Shown here piece after piece: positions 27,049 through 36,682 of a stretch of 44,480 nucleotides of DNA (position 1 is the first letter of the stretch; every line of letters starts with the position of its first letter). The position numbers and the translations under genes were made by a program. Source of the stretch: an uncultured Treponema sp. (GTDB taxonomy: Bacteria; Spirochaetota; Spirochaetia; Treponematales; Treponemataceae); NCBI GenBank assembly GCA_946185925.1, contig CAMHLH010000001.1, positions 1 to 44,480 of the forward strand, read 5' to 3'. The notes beneath the pieces were generated by a model that was not told the DNA's origin, did not search any database, and saw only the letters and a program-made list of their open reading frames with translations.

Positions 27049-29490
27049 CTACAGGAGCGCCTCGTTGAACACCGGCTCAAGGTAGTGCCACGCCGCTCCG
27101 AGCAGCCACTTGAGCTCCGCCCTCGTCTTCCAGTCGTACCTGCCGTCGTTCTTCTCGAATATGTAGCAGACAGAGAAGACCCAGTGGTATTTGCCGCCGA
27201 TTTTCGCCCCCCTCTTGGCGCACTCGGCCTCTATCGCGGAGAGGGTGTTCCTGTCCCCGTCGAGCATCTGGTAGAAGCGGCTTCCGACGTTCCACCACTT
27301 CGCACCGTTGTTGAGGTTGCCGTTCCACTTGTAGCGCTTGTCGCTCGAGTCCCCCGTGTACTTGTAGTGCGACATCTCCACGAATTCCTGGAACGACCTC
27401 GTGTTCGAGAGCCTGTTCTCGTACTCCGTCCGCTCGCCCTCGTCGGCCGCGCTCTCTATCGCGTCGGCGTGCGCCGCCGACATCTCCTGAAGCTCCTGCC
27501 TGACCTGGGCGGTGCGCTCCTTCATCTGCTCCATCTCCTCAATGGCCTGCAGCTCGTCCATCTCGGTCTTCACCGCCTGCACCTTCTCCGGCGAGAACGC
27601 CTTTATGATTCTGGAGATTCCGTTCTGGATGATGTTCCTCGACTGCTCCTCCACCTGGTTCCGCCTTATCGCCTGCTGAATCTGCTCCTTTATGCGCTCC
27701 CTCTCGGCGGACTTCCTGTCCTCCTCCTCCAGCCTCCGCGCCTGCACGTCGGCGGCGCTCACAGGCGGCTCCTGCGGCTCCTCCACGGCTCCGCCCGCGT
27801 CCACGGCCTGTCCGGCTCCGCCGTCCACAGCCTCCGCGGCATCGGCTTGCGCTCCGCCGTCGCCCTCGGAAATTCCAGAGGACTCAGCGATTTCAGCGAT
27901 TTCAGAAGATTCAGAGATTTCTGCGCTTTCAGAGGACTCAGAGATTTCGGTGTTTTCAACGGCCTCATGGATTCCGGCAGCTCCAGAAGGTTCGGAATCG
28001 ACAGAAGATACAGAAGACTCCGAAGACTCCGAAACTTCATCGGCCTCCGGCTCCGCGACCTCCCGAGCGGGCTCCCCGGAGCTGCCGCCGGCATCCTGGG
28101 CGCCGCCGCCAATCGAGAGTGAATCCTCTATCCGCCTGAAGCTCTCCGCCTGCATCTCCCTTATGGACATGACGCGCTTCTCCGTCGCCTCCTCCTCCTG
28201 CTCGAACCGGCCCTCGGACTGGTTCTGGGCGTATGGAAGCCCCCCGTCGCGCTCAAGAATCACGGTGGCGGCAGGCTCCCGGCCCGCGTCGGCGCTCCCG
28301 CTCCTCCTCGCGGCCTTCAACCCGTCCAGCGCGACCTCCGACTCCGTTATGAACTCCCTGAGCTTCTCGATTCCCTTGTTCATCATCTCAAGCTCGAATT
28401 CCGTCGAAAGCCCGGAGAAGACGTTCTTCCAGAAATTCTCGCCGCCGCTCCTGGCAATCTCAAGCTCCCTCTTCAGCGTGTTGAGGTACTCCCTCTCGGA
28501 CTCGATTCTGGAGAGCAGCGCGCCGTCGTCCCCCCCGGCCTCCGCCATGGACTTTATCTCGTTCGATATGCGCTCGACGAAGGAGAAGCTGCCCTCGACC
28601 GTCGCGGAGGACACCGACTCGAGCGCGCTCTCCAGCACGGCCTCCTTGTCCTCGACCCGCGTCCAGAGGGTGTTCTGGAGGACGAAGAGGTCGGAGTAGC
28701 CGACCTTCCTCCTGCCGTTCAGATGCGCGCTGGTCCTGAGCAGGTTGACGACCTTCTTCCACCGCCTGTCGGAGACGTAGACGTCCCTCTCGTTCAGGCG
28801 GAGCCGCATCGAGTAGAGGAAGTCCGTAATCTCCTTGGGAACCTCGACCTCCGCGCTGCCGCGCCTCCAGCCCGCAAGCTCCTCCTCCGAAACCGGGACG
28901 AATCCCGCGGCAGGCTCCGGGTTCTTCCCCCCCGTTATCATGCTGACGAATTTGTCCTTCCTTCCGATTGGCCCCACGCACATCCTTATGAGGAAGCGGT
29001 CGTAGAGCGGCTCCAGTCCCGAATCCTCGCTCGGGAACTCGTTCGACGCCGACATCAGGAGCTTCAGGGGCACGTCCCTCGTCCGGCTCCCGTTCCTGAA
29101 AGTCTTCTCGTTGCATATCGTCAGCAGAGTGTTGAGGATGGCCGGCCCAGCCTTCCATATCTCGTCCAGGAAGGCAATCTCCGAGTCCGGAAGGTACCCC
29201 TCCGTGAGGGTCTCGCGAAGCCCGCTCTCCAGCGACTTTATGCTCACAGGCCCGAAAAGCTCGTCCGGCTGCGTGTACTGGTTCAGAAGGCAGCTGAAGT
29301 ACTTGTCCGTGTCCAGAAGCGACGCCGCCCACTTGGCCGCCATGCTCTTCGCGGTCCCCGGCGGGCCGTAGAGGAACACGCTCTCCTCCGCCGCCAACGC
29401 CAGCAACGTCATCCTGCAGACGTCCTCCCTGTCCAGAAGGTAGCCTCCGCTAGACAGAAGCTCCTTCATCCTTTCCTGTATCTCGTTCAT
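27049..29490 (-). CDS. ravA: RavA-like MoxR AAA+ ATPase with acidic low-complexity linker and extra C-terminal domain
   Basis: LYGPPGTAKS, ELFGPVSI, GYLP, FLDEIWKAGPAILNTLL, ASNE, LYDRF, SDRRWKK. Start reassigned to ATG 29490 (GGAG RBS). Confidence 0.9.
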   Translation of the reverse strand: MNEIQERMKELLSSGGYLLDREDVCRMTLLALAAEESVFLYGPPGTAKSMAAKWAASLLDTDKYFSCLLNQYTQPDELFGPVSIKSLESGLRETLTEGYLPDSEIAFLDEIWKAGPAILNTLLTICNEKTFRNGSRTRDVPLKLLMSASNEFPSEDSGLEPLYDRFLIRMCVGPIGRKDKFVSMITGGKNPEPAAGFVPVSEEELAGWRRGSAEVEVPKEITDFLYSMRLRLNERDVYVSDRRWKKVVNLLRTSAHLNGRRKVGYSDLFVLQNTLWTRVEDKEAVLESALESVSSATVEGSFSFVERISNEIKSMAEAGGDDGALLSRIESEREYLNTLKRELEIARSGGENFWKNVFSGLSTEFELEMMNKGIEKLREFITESEVALDGLKAARRSGSADAGREPAATVILERDGGLPYAQNQSEGRFEQEEEATEKRVMSIREMQAESFRRIEDSLSIGGGAQDAGGSSGEPAREVAEPEADEVSESSESSVSSVDSEPSGAAGIHEAVENTEISESSESAEISESSEIAEIAESSGISEGDGGAQADAAEAVDGGAGQAVDAGGAVEEPQEPPVSAADVQARRLEEEDRKSAERERIKEQIQQAIRRNQVEEQSRNIIQNGISRIIKAFSPEKVQAVKTEMDELQAIEEMEQMKERTAQVRQELQEMSAAHADAIESAADEGERTEYENRLSNTRSFQEFVEMSHYKYTGDSSDKRYKWNGNLNNGAKWWNVGSRFYQMLDGDRNTLSAIEAECAKRGAKIGGKYHWVFSVCYIFEKNDGRYDWKTRAELKWLLGAAWHYLEPVFNEALL
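27866..28040. repeat. Degenerate 9-bp periodic repeat encoding ISE/SSE/IAE units within the RavA-like gene
   Basis: tcagcgatt tcagcgatt tcagaagat tcagagatt tctgcgctt tcagaggac tcagagatt. Visibly more AT-rich than the flanking coding sequence. Confidence 0.7.
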
Positions 29491-29548
29491 CTTGATTCTC
29501 CGTTTCTGTTGTCCGTCAATTCTACCAACATTCTCTCTTCTTCTCATC

Positions 29549-29577
29549 TTGAAAGAAATTCGGTTTTAGCCGATAAT
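29549..29577 (+). promoter_or_regulatory. Promoter of tRNA-Gln
   Basis: TTGAAA, 17 bp spacer, GATAAT ending 10 bp before the tRNA 5' end. Confidence 0.6.
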
Positions 29578-29587
29578 TCAAGCACAT

Positions 29588-29660
29588 TGTCGAGTCGTCA
29601 AGCGGTAAGACAACGGCTTTTGGTGCCGTCATTCCACAGGTTCGAATCCTGTCTCGACAA
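29588..29660 (+). tRNA. tRNA-Gln (anticodon UUG), CCA not encoded
   Basis: Acceptor TGTCGAG/CTCGACA (U1-A72 as in bacterial tRNA-Gln). D arm GTC-AAGCGGTAA-GAC. Anticodon arm ACGGC-TTTTGGT-GCCGT. T arm ACAGG-TTCGAAT-CCTGT. Confidence 0.95.
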
Positions 29661-29664
29661 ACTG

Positions 29665-29694
29665 GCCTCCGAAGTGATTCGGGGGCTTTTTTTT
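29665..29694 (+). terminator. Intrinsic terminator after tRNA-Gln
   Basis: gcctccgaa-gtga-ttcgggggc followed by T8. Confidence 0.85.
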
Positions 29695-29699
29695 GCCCG

Positions 29700-30872
29700 T
29701 CATCCGAACGCCGCCCCGTCTATCTTCTCGGCCTTGTCGAGCCTCACGACTCGGAGGGCTGGGCAGTCCTTGAACGCGTCCCTCGCCACAAGCCCGGGCC
29801 CCTCGTCCGCCTCGACCCTGCGGAGCCTACGGCAACCACTGAACGCTCCGACCCCCAGCACAAGAAGCCCGGACGGAAGCCTGACGCGCTTCAGCGAACG
29901 GCAGTCCCTGAATGCAGAAGCCCCTATCGAAGTCATCCCGTCGTGGAAGACGACCCTGCTGAGCCTGGAACAGCCCCTGAAAGCGTCCCTGCCGATTTCC
30001 CGGAGCCCGGACGGGAGCAAGACCTTCCTAATTTCCTCGTCCATGAAAGCCTTCTCGGCTATCCTTTCCGTGCCTTCCTCCAGCAAAAGCTTCCGCGCCT
30101 TCCTGTCCGCCATGTAGAGCGCCTTATTTCCGCCGTACGCCACCCCGTTCCTTACAGAAAGCCCATCCGCCTCGGCCTCCCTCAGCCTGCAGCCCCTGAA
30201 CGCGTTCTCCCCGATTCTCGCGCCGGATGGCAGGCCGACCTTCCTCAAATTCCTGCAGCCCCTGAACGCGTCCATGCCAATCGACTCGGCCGTGCCGGGA
30301 ATCCAGACCTCCCTCAGCCTGCAGTTCATGAACGCCCCCCGGCCAAGCCCCACGAGCCTCTCAGGAAGCGAAACCCGGTCGGGGGTCCAGGCTTCCGCGA
30401 ACGTGAATTTGGCTATGTACCTGTAGAAGTCCCAGTTCGGAACGAAATCCGCAAAATCCACCCCGCGGCCGCGGATTCTCCCCATCGCCCTGAAAAGCTC
30501 GGCCCTGCCGAACGTCCAGAACTCGGCCATGCCGGACTTTTTGGTGAGCTCGTCGAAGCCCTCCTGGCTCATCTCCCCGCAGCGGAACCTTCCGACAAGC
30601 TCCGCGAAGCCGGCGATTTTCTCCGCGGGCGTCCCGTAGGGCAGGGTGAAACTCTCCTCGAGCTTTTCCGGGGATTCGACGGAGGAGCCGCCGACGGACA
30701 CGCAGAGCAGAAGCCTGCCGCCCTCGTCGTCGTCCTCGGCCGAGACGGAGGCCCCAGCCGCGCCCAGAGCCACCTCGGCCGCGGCCTTCGTCCCCGCCTT
30801 GAGAATCTGCATTATCTTCGCCCTCTTGCTTTCCTCTTTTTCGATTTCTTCCATCGCTTTCATGTTCGGCAT
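29700..30872 (-). CDS. LRR_5 (BspA-type) repeat protein with unrelated N-terminal region and no obvious signal peptide
   Basis: The C-terminal half has IGxxAFRGCxxL repeats. The N-terminal ~160 aa is not recognised. Exact start uncertain. Confidence 0.8.
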   Translation of the reverse strand: MPNMKAMEEIEKEESKRAKIMQILKAGTKAAAEVALGAAGASVSAEDDDEGGRLLLCVSVGGSSVESPEKLEESFTLPYGTPAEKIAGFAELVGRFRCGEMSQEGFDELTKKSGMAEFWTFGRAELFRAMGRIRGRGVDFADFVPNWDFYRYIAKFTFAEAWTPDRVSLPERLVGLGRGAFMNCRLREVWIPGTAESIGMDAFRGCRNLRKVGLPSGARIGENAFRGCRLREAEADGLSVRNGVAYGGNKALYMADRKARKLLLEEGTERIAEKAFMDEEIRKVLLPSGLREIGRDAFRGCSRLSRVVFHDGMTSIGASAFRDCRSLKRVRLPSGLLVLGVGAFSGCRRLRRVEADEGPGLVARDAFKDCPALRVVRLDKAEKIDGAAFG

Positions 30873-30971
30873 TTTTTTTCGAGCGCGAGGCGCATTGCGT
30901 AGAATCTGCCTTCCCAGACTTTCAAAAACAGAGCGAAAATTTTACATAGTCTTTACATTTGGTCGTTAGAA

Positions 30972-31066
30972 TCCAAAATTCCGATGTTTTTGACATATTA
31001 AGACAAACGTTTTCCGTGCGATATTTTTAATGAAACTTGAAAAGTTCATACAAAAAGGGGGATACA
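30972..31066 (+). promoter_or_regulatory. Conserved ~95-bp upstream element shared with the PL9 gene (36944-37038)
   Basis: Colinear blocks TCCAAAAT, TTTTTGACAT, AGAC, CGTGCGATATTT, TTAAT, AACTTGAA and TACAAAAAGGGG at nearly identical offsets from the ATG in both copies. Confidence 0.75.
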
Positions 31067-33850
31067 ATGAAAAAATTGATGAGAAAAGGCGCCGCTTTCG
31101 CGCTTATTCTTACGGCCGGCTACGCCTTCACGGCGTGCTCGCACTCTTCCAGCTCGGACGACGACGGAGACAGCGGAGTCGTGGCGCCGACAAATGACGA
31201 CCCGGCAAATCAGAACGACGGCGGCGATGACAACGACAACAACAACAACAACAGCGGCTCGAACCAGGTGACACCGGGCGGACAAGCCGCGACCGGCGTG
31301 ATGGACACTCCGACAGTCGCGGACGTCTCGAACGCACAGGTGAACATCGTGAAGAGCGAGGGCTGGCTCAACAGCGCGTACATCGTATTCGAGCAGGTGG
31401 AGGGCGCCACATACAAAGTTTTCTGCGACGACGTGGAACTCGACGCGCCGCTCATCCGCTACTACGACACCTACACATACTACGAACAGAGCGAAGACGA
31501 TGACCTGCAGGTTACATGGACGAAGAAGACGCTCTCGAAAGTCGTCCGCGCCGACGCGCTAGGACTTGCGGCGGGCAGCCACACAATCAAGGTCTGCGCC
31601 GTCGGAACGGAGAACACGAGCGAATACTCTACGGCGACGATGACAGTCGTCGACCACGACAGAAGCGGATTCGCGTTCGCTCCGAGCGCCACGACGACTC
31701 CGGGCGCGTACAAGGAAGACGGTACGCTCAAGGACGGCGCGATTGTCATCTACCTCACGCAGGGAAACAAGAAGACTGTTACAGCCACAATCGGCGGAAA
31801 GACATACACAGGAATCCAGGACATCACGCAGGCAATCAAGACGAAGAACACCACAAGTCCAGTCGACATCCGAATCATCGGAACTGTAAAAGCAGAAAGC
31901 AACGACCTCTCATGCGCCGACATGAAGTCAGCATACGCAATCGGCGTGAAGGGAGCTTCGCAGGTGACAATCGAGGGTGTCGGACACGACGCCACATTGT
32001 ACGGAGCCGGAGTCGCGGCATTCCAGAGCGAATATATCGAAGTTTCCAACCTCGGTCTCATGAAGTGGGGCGGCGGAAAGGACGGAGACGGAATCTCCCT
32101 CAAGGCTGGCAAATTTGCTTGGATTCACAACTGCGATTATTTTTACGGAAACGCAGGAAGCGACGGAGACCAGGTGAAGGGCGACGGCTCCATGGACTTG
32201 AAGGACGACCAGCAGTACACGACAATCGCATACAACCATTTCTGGGACTCTGGAAAAATGTCGCTCTGCGGAATGAAATCCGAGTCAGGCCCGAACTACA
32301 TCACATACCACCACAACTGGTTCGACCACTCTGACTCGCGCCATCCGCGAATCCGAACGATGACCGTCCACGTCTACAACAACTACTTCGACGGAAACGC
32401 AAAATACGGCGTGGGAGTCACGACAGGGGCGAGCTGCTTTGTCGAGCAGAACTTCTTCCGAAACGCCCACGACCCGATGATGTCTTCAAAGCAGGGAACA
32501 GACGCTCAGGGAGCGGGAACTTTCTCTGGAGAAAAAGGCGGAGTCATCAAGGCCTACAACAACAAATTCGTCCAGAACAACACGAACGGCGTGAAATTCC
32601 AGTACATCACGAACAAGTACGACTACACGAACAACAAGGAACTCGGCGAGTACAAGGAATGGTACGAGACCGTGGGAACCGACAACGGCGACGGAACCTG
32701 GACAATCTACGACTCGAAGGTGACCGATACTGATGACGGAATCGCGGACAATTCCCTCATCGCCATCGAGGATGCTTCGAAGAAGGGTGCGTACTACCAA
32801 GGCTCAAAGGGAAAAACGATGTTCTATATCGATGTCCCGGCGAACGCCACAAAAGTCATTGTCAAGGCAAAGACAGGCTCTTCAACATCTGGAGCGACGA
32901 CAACCCTTTCTGTGAACGGAACGAAGAGCGAGTCAATCGGAAATACCGCATATTCTGATTTTGAATTCGCGCTTTCTGGACTCACAGAAGATTCAACAAT
33001 CGAGATTGCGAACTCAGGTTCAAATTCTCTCAACATCTCCGAAATCAAAGTCATAGCCGCAAGCGGCTGGCAAACGAAACTCACTTCCGGCGCGGATTTG
33101 ACGAACATCGACGCATACGAAGTCGACAACAGAAGCGACCAGGTTCCTTCAAATGTAACTGCAAAGTCAGGCGGAACCATGTACTCGAACTTCGACGTCG
33201 CTCTCGGCGACAGCGGAATGGGCGTCACAATCGCGCCGACAGAGCCAGAGCAGGCAAAGGCGAATGTCCTCAAGTATTCTGGCCGCCACGAAAGCGACTA
33301 CTACTTCAACTTCACGAACTCCGTCGACGACGCGAGCTATGCGAAGAACGACACGCTGAACAACGAGCTTGTCGCCTACACGAGCGGAATGGTGGCGATT
33401 CAGGGATATGTCGCAGGCAGCACTTCGGACGACAGCGGAAGCACCACTGACGGCACAGAGGGCACCGGAGATTCTGGAAGCACATCGACAACTTTGCCAG
33501 AGGGAACTGTGGTCGTAACATTCGACAACTTCACTAGCGGAGCTACTGTCAACGGAGTTACTGTTACAGGTTCGCTCAAGAGCGGAGTAGCCGAAAAGAC
33601 ATATAACGGAACGACATACAAAACCGCTCTCAAAATGGAAAGCTCGACAAGCATTACGTTCACACTTACTTCAGCATCAAACCTGACGCTTGTAACGGAC
33701 ACTGCCTCAAAGAAGATTACAATTGATGATACAAAACAAACGACAGATTCAAATGGGGTCGTTACTCAGAGTCTTGCGGCAGGTGCCCACACTATTAAAA
33801 AAGGCGATTCGATGAATGTCTATGCAATCATAATCGAACCAACCGAATAA
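31067..33850 (+). CDS. Multidomain pectate lyase (PL1) lipoprotein with C-terminal CBM77-like homogalacturonan-binding module
   Basis: Start reassigned to ATG 31067. Lipobox AFTA|C. WIHNC, GDGSMD, ITYHHNWF, SRHPRIR, HVYNNYF. C-terminal LKMESSTSITFT...LAAGAHTIKK resembles CBM77. Confidence 0.9.
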   Translation: MKKLMRKGAAFALILTAGYAFTACSHSSSSDDDGDSGVVAPTNDDPANQNDGGDDNDNNNNNSGSNQVTPGGQAATGVMDTPTVADVSNAQVNIVKSEGWLNSAYIVFEQVEGATYKVFCDDVELDAPLIRYYDTYTYYEQSEDDDLQVTWTKKTLSKVVRADALGLAAGSHTIKVCAVGTENTSEYSTATMTVVDHDRSGFAFAPSATTTPGAYKEDGTLKDGAIVIYLTQGNKKTVTATIGGKTYTGIQDITQAIKTKNTTSPVDIRIIGTVKAESNDLSCADMKSAYAIGVKGASQVTIEGVGHDATLYGAGVAAFQSEYIEVSNLGLMKWGGGKDGDGISLKAGKFAWIHNCDYFYGNAGSDGDQVKGDGSMDLKDDQQYTTIAYNHFWDSGKMSLCGMKSESGPNYITYHHNWFDHSDSRHPRIRTMTVHVYNNYFDGNAKYGVGVTTGASCFVEQNFFRNAHDPMMSSKQGTDAQGAGTFSGEKGGVIKAYNNKFVQNNTNGVKFQYITNKYDYTNNKELGEYKEWYETVGTDNGDGTWTIYDSKVTDTDDGIADNSLIAIEDASKKGAYYQGSKGKTMFYIDVPANATKVIVKAKTGSSTSGATTTLSVNGTKSESIGNTAYSDFEFALSGLTEDSTIEIANSGSNSLNISEIKVIAASGWQTKLTSGADLTNIDAYEVDNRSDQVPSNVTAKSGGTMYSNFDVALGDSGMGVTIAPTEPEQAKANVLKYSGRHESDYYFNFTNSVDDASYAKNDTLNNELVAYTSGMVAIQGYVAGSTSDDSGSTTDGTEGTGDSGSTSTTLPEGTVVVTFDNFTSGATVNGVTVTGSLKSGVAEKTYNGTTYKTALKMESSTSITFTLTSASNLTLVTDTASKKITIDDTKQTTDSNGVVTQSLAAGAHTIKKGDSMNVYAIIIEPTE

Positions 33851-33872
33851 ACCCACCAGATTCCGCGTTAGC

Positions 33873-33927
33873 GGAATCCAATCCGTGTGGCAATCCCCCG
33901 CCCGCAAAAAACGCGCCCGGGGGAATT
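33873..33927 (+). repeat. Dispersed repeat/hairpin downstream of the PL1 gene
   Basis: ggaatccaatccgtgtggcaatcccccg (33873-33900) matches ggaatccaatccgtccgacaatcccccg (36664-36691) at 24 of 28 positions. The hairpin is closed by cgggggaatt. Confidence 0.7.
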
Positions 33928-33962
33928 TCAAATCGAAAAAAATTTTATAAAAGGGGTATAAA

Positions 33963-35960
33963 ATGAAAAAAGTGACGGCAAAATCAGCGATGAAGAAATT
34001 CGTCGGAATATCGGCGATGGCCCTCATGATGGGAACGGGAATGAACTTCGTGTCCTGCTCCTCTGACGACGACGACGGCGGAGACGAGCAGCAGGAAGTC
34101 CAGGTAGACGACGAGGGCGGCCAACAGAGCGAAGACGAAAAAGAGAAAGAGAAAGAGAAAGAGAAAGAAGAAGTCGACGACACAAAGACAGTCTCGTCAA
34201 TCACGGCCACAGAAAGCGCAGAGGTCTACGAGGGCGCGAGCGAGGACGACCTCAGGTCGAAACTCACAGTGACAGCAGTCTACGACGACGAAAGCACAGC
34301 GGCCGTTACCGGCTACACAATTTCAGGCTTCGACGGAAGCAAGACCGGAGAACAGGAAGTGACTGTCACCTACAAGGAAAAGACGGCCACCGTAAAAGTC
34401 ACGGTCAAAGCCGAAGTGCTGTTCACGTCGCTCACATTCGATGCAGCCTTCGACGGAACGAACGAAAAAGAATACGCAAAGGCAGACGCTGATTTTGTTT
34501 CAGAAGACGGAACATGGAAAATCATCAAAGGCGTTTCTGCGGCAAAAGTTGTTGCAGCCACTGCAAATTCCTACAACGAGGACACGACATACACCAGCCG
34601 CATTCAGATAAAAGGAGAAGCCCTCAAACTCAAGGTCGGAAAGAGCAAGAGCGTGATTCTCCGTGTTGACGGCGGTTCTGCTAAAGGCGAGGGAAGCAAC
34701 AGGACCCTCACTGCGAAGGGCGCGGACACAGCCACATGGCAGTCATTCAAAGGTGCAGCCGACGGAAAAGTCTGCGCGGGCTTCCTTGAGGTGACGGGAG
34801 ACGCAAACGGCTACGTGACACTGAGCGCCGACAACAACATCAACATCTACGGAATCAAGGTCGTTGAGGCGAAAAAGGACTTGTCCACGGTCTTACTCGG
34901 AAGCACCATCTCCTACAAGGACACGAAGGTCGAACTTTCAGCGACAGAAGTGGACAAAGATGCTGAAGACCTTACAGTTTCCGCAAGCACAAACGCCGTT
35001 GCAACACCGCTCTACGCAGACGGCCATGAGGGAGAAGCCGGAACTCCAGAAGTTTTGAGCACATTCAATTTCTATATTGTGACGGTCGATGAAGATAAAA
35101 AAGAAATCAACACACTTGTTGAAAAACTGCCAACAAGCGAACTCGGCGAGCACACAGTCAAAGCCGTTCTCTACAGTCTTGCAGAAGATGGAACGACAAA
35201 AACCGAGAACTCAAAAGCGACCGCAACAGCCACATACAAGGTCGTAGACCCGAACGCAATCAAATACACGGTCACATTCGACGCGGGAGAAGGCTCATTC
35301 GCGGAAGGCGCAACGACATCGTTCCAGATTGAGGACGGCACCACAATCACCACAAGCGACATTCCGAAGCCGACGGCTCCAGAGGGCAAGAGATTCAAGG
35401 AATGGACCTCAAACGTTGATGGATTGAAAACAGACAGCGAAATCACAAGCAACGTGACGTTCACTGCGACGTACGAGGTCGGATTCACAGAATTGTTTGA
35501 AACAATCACAAGCGGAAACACGTTCCCATCTGCAAAAAACAGCAGCACAACAGTCACATTCTCAAGCGGGGTGAGCGTTGTTTCTGGCAAAGGAACAAGC
35601 ACAAAACTTGAGGACAAAGTTGTGACCATAGATGGAATCACAAGCGCAAAGCGACTTTCATTGGACAAGGCCGCAAATGAAGCTTCAATTAAGATTCCAG
35701 TATCAGGAAAATCAGTTGTGAAAATCGGTTTCAATCCGAACAAGGTTGCACGAGGTTTGACACTTACTTCAGACAATGAGTTGACTGTCAACAAAGGAAC
35801 GGCTTCGACCAGTGTGGATTATGTAACTACTGCTGAAACGGCGGAAAATGAACTTGTAACTGTCACAGCAAGCAGCGATATCACGCTCAAGGTAAAAGAC
35901 CCTGCCAGTTCCGCAGGTTCTGTGTACATCTACTTTATCGATGTAACCGCTTCCGAGTAG
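33963..35960 (+). CDS. Surface lipoprotein with bacterial Ig-like and InlB B-repeat-like domains; no recognisable catalytic domain
   Basis: Lipobox FVS|C. Acidic linker. LTVTAVYDD...GFDGSKTGEQEVTVTY (Ig-like). YTVTFDAGEG...PTAPEGKRFKEW...TFTATY (B-repeat). Confidence 0.8.
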   Translation: MKKVTAKSAMKKFVGISAMALMMGTGMNFVSCSSDDDDGGDEQQEVQVDDEGGQQSEDEKEKEKEKEKEEVDDTKTVSSITATESAEVYEGASEDDLRSKLTVTAVYDDESTAAVTGYTISGFDGSKTGEQEVTVTYKEKTATVKVTVKAEVLFTSLTFDAAFDGTNEKEYAKADADFVSEDGTWKIIKGVSAAKVVAATANSYNEDTTYTSRIQIKGEALKLKVGKSKSVILRVDGGSAKGEGSNRTLTAKGADTATWQSFKGAADGKVCAGFLEVTGDANGYVTLSADNNINIYGIKVVEAKKDLSTVLLGSTISYKDTKVELSATEVDKDAEDLTVSASTNAVATPLYADGHEGEAGTPEVLSTFNFYIVTVDEDKKEINTLVEKLPTSELGEHTVKAVLYSLAEDGTTKTENSKATATATYKVVDPNAIKYTVTFDAGEGSFAEGATTSFQIEDGTTITTSDIPKPTAPEGKRFKEWTSNVDGLKTDSEITSNVTFTATYEVGFTELFETITSGNTFPSAKNSSTTVTFSSGVSVVSGKGTSTKLEDKVVTIDGITSAKRLSLDKAANEASIKIPVSGKSVVKIGFNPNKVARGLTLTSDNELTVNKGTASTSVDYVTTAETAENELVTVTASSDITLKVKDPASSAGSVYIYFIDVTASE

Positions 35961-36020
35961 CGTAGTACAAACTTTCCATCGGCAGCAAAAAAACTGCCAC
36001 TGACGGAATCAAGCCTCCTT

Positions 36021-36058
36021 TCCCCCGTCCCCAAGTCCATGGGCGGGGGATTTTTTTT
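36021..36058 (+). terminator. Intrinsic terminator; left copy of a direct repeat flanking the TA module
   Basis: tcccccgtccccaagtccatgggcgggggatttttttt. Confidence 0.8.
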
Positions 36059-36060
36059 CG

Positions 36061-36089
36061 TTGACATCCATTTACCACATATGTATCAT
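36061..36089 (+). promoter_or_regulatory. Sigma-70 promoter of the TA operon, positioned for a leaderless transcript
   Basis: TTGACA, 17 bp spacer, TATCAT. The ATG at 36096 lies at the expected +1 and has no RBS. Confidence 0.8.
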
Positions 36090-36095
36090 ATAAAT

Positions 36096-36356
36096 ATGCA
36101 ACTGCGCTGGAATCCAGAGAAGAACGAAATATTGAAGGCGACCAGGAACGTCTCGTTCGAGCAGGTGGCGGAGCTTGTCGAAAAGTCTGACTTCATAGGA
36201 CCGGAAAGCAATCCCGCCAGAGAGGGGCAGATGAGAATCATAGTTCAGATCGACGGCTATCCGTGCGTCGTTCCGTTCGTAGAAACCGATGATGGCGGAT
36301 GGTTCTTAAAAACCATATATCCGTGCAGAAAAATGAAGGGGAGGATGCAGAAATGA
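36096..36356 (+). CDS. BrnT-like type II toxin (RelE-fold RNase)
   Basis: MQLRWNPEKNEILKATRNVSFEQV N-terminus and FLKTIYPCRK C-terminus. The stop overlaps the antitoxin start (ATGA). Confidence 0.8.
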   Translation: MQLRWNPEKNEILKATRNVSFEQVAELVEKSDFIGPESNPAREGQMRIIVQIDGYPCVVPFVETDDGGWFLKTIYPCRKMKGRMQK

Positions 36357-36661
36357 CAGAAGAACAGTTTTTGAATTCGCCGCTGGACGAAGAAGAGCAG
36401 TGGTACGAAGACCACTTTGACGAGTTCGTTCCGTGCGACAATCAGGAAGAAATGCGCAGGAATCTCAGGGAAGCCGCCCACAACACCATGGAGGAAATCA
36501 GGGCGGGCAGGGAGAAGAAGCCGGTGACGATAAACCTCGACACGGGCGCGGTCGCCTATTTCAAGAGCCTTGCGGCCGAGACGGGAATCGCCTACCAGAA
36601 CCTCATAAACCTCTACCTCGTCCAGTGCGCGCGCGAGAGGAAGCGGCCTGTTTTCGCGTGA
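36353..36661 (+). CDS. BrnA/CopG-like antitoxin
   Basis: KKPVTINLDTGAVAYFKSLAAETGIAYQNLINLYL RHH motif. Acidic N-terminus. GGAGG RBS. Confidence 0.85.
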   Translation: MTEEQFLNSPLDEEEQWYEDHFDEFVPCDNQEEMRRNLREAAHNTMEEIRAGREKKPVTINLDTGAVAYFKSLAAETGIAYQNLINLYLVQCARERKRPVFA

Positions 36662-36682
36662 GAGGAATCCAATCCGTCCGAC

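Noticed and set aside
34137..34170. (AAAGAG)n microsatellite as a phase-variation switch
   Set aside because: The unit is 6 bp and in frame (EK repeats in a linker), so slippage would not switch expression. The same applies to the (AAC)n run near 31230-31252.
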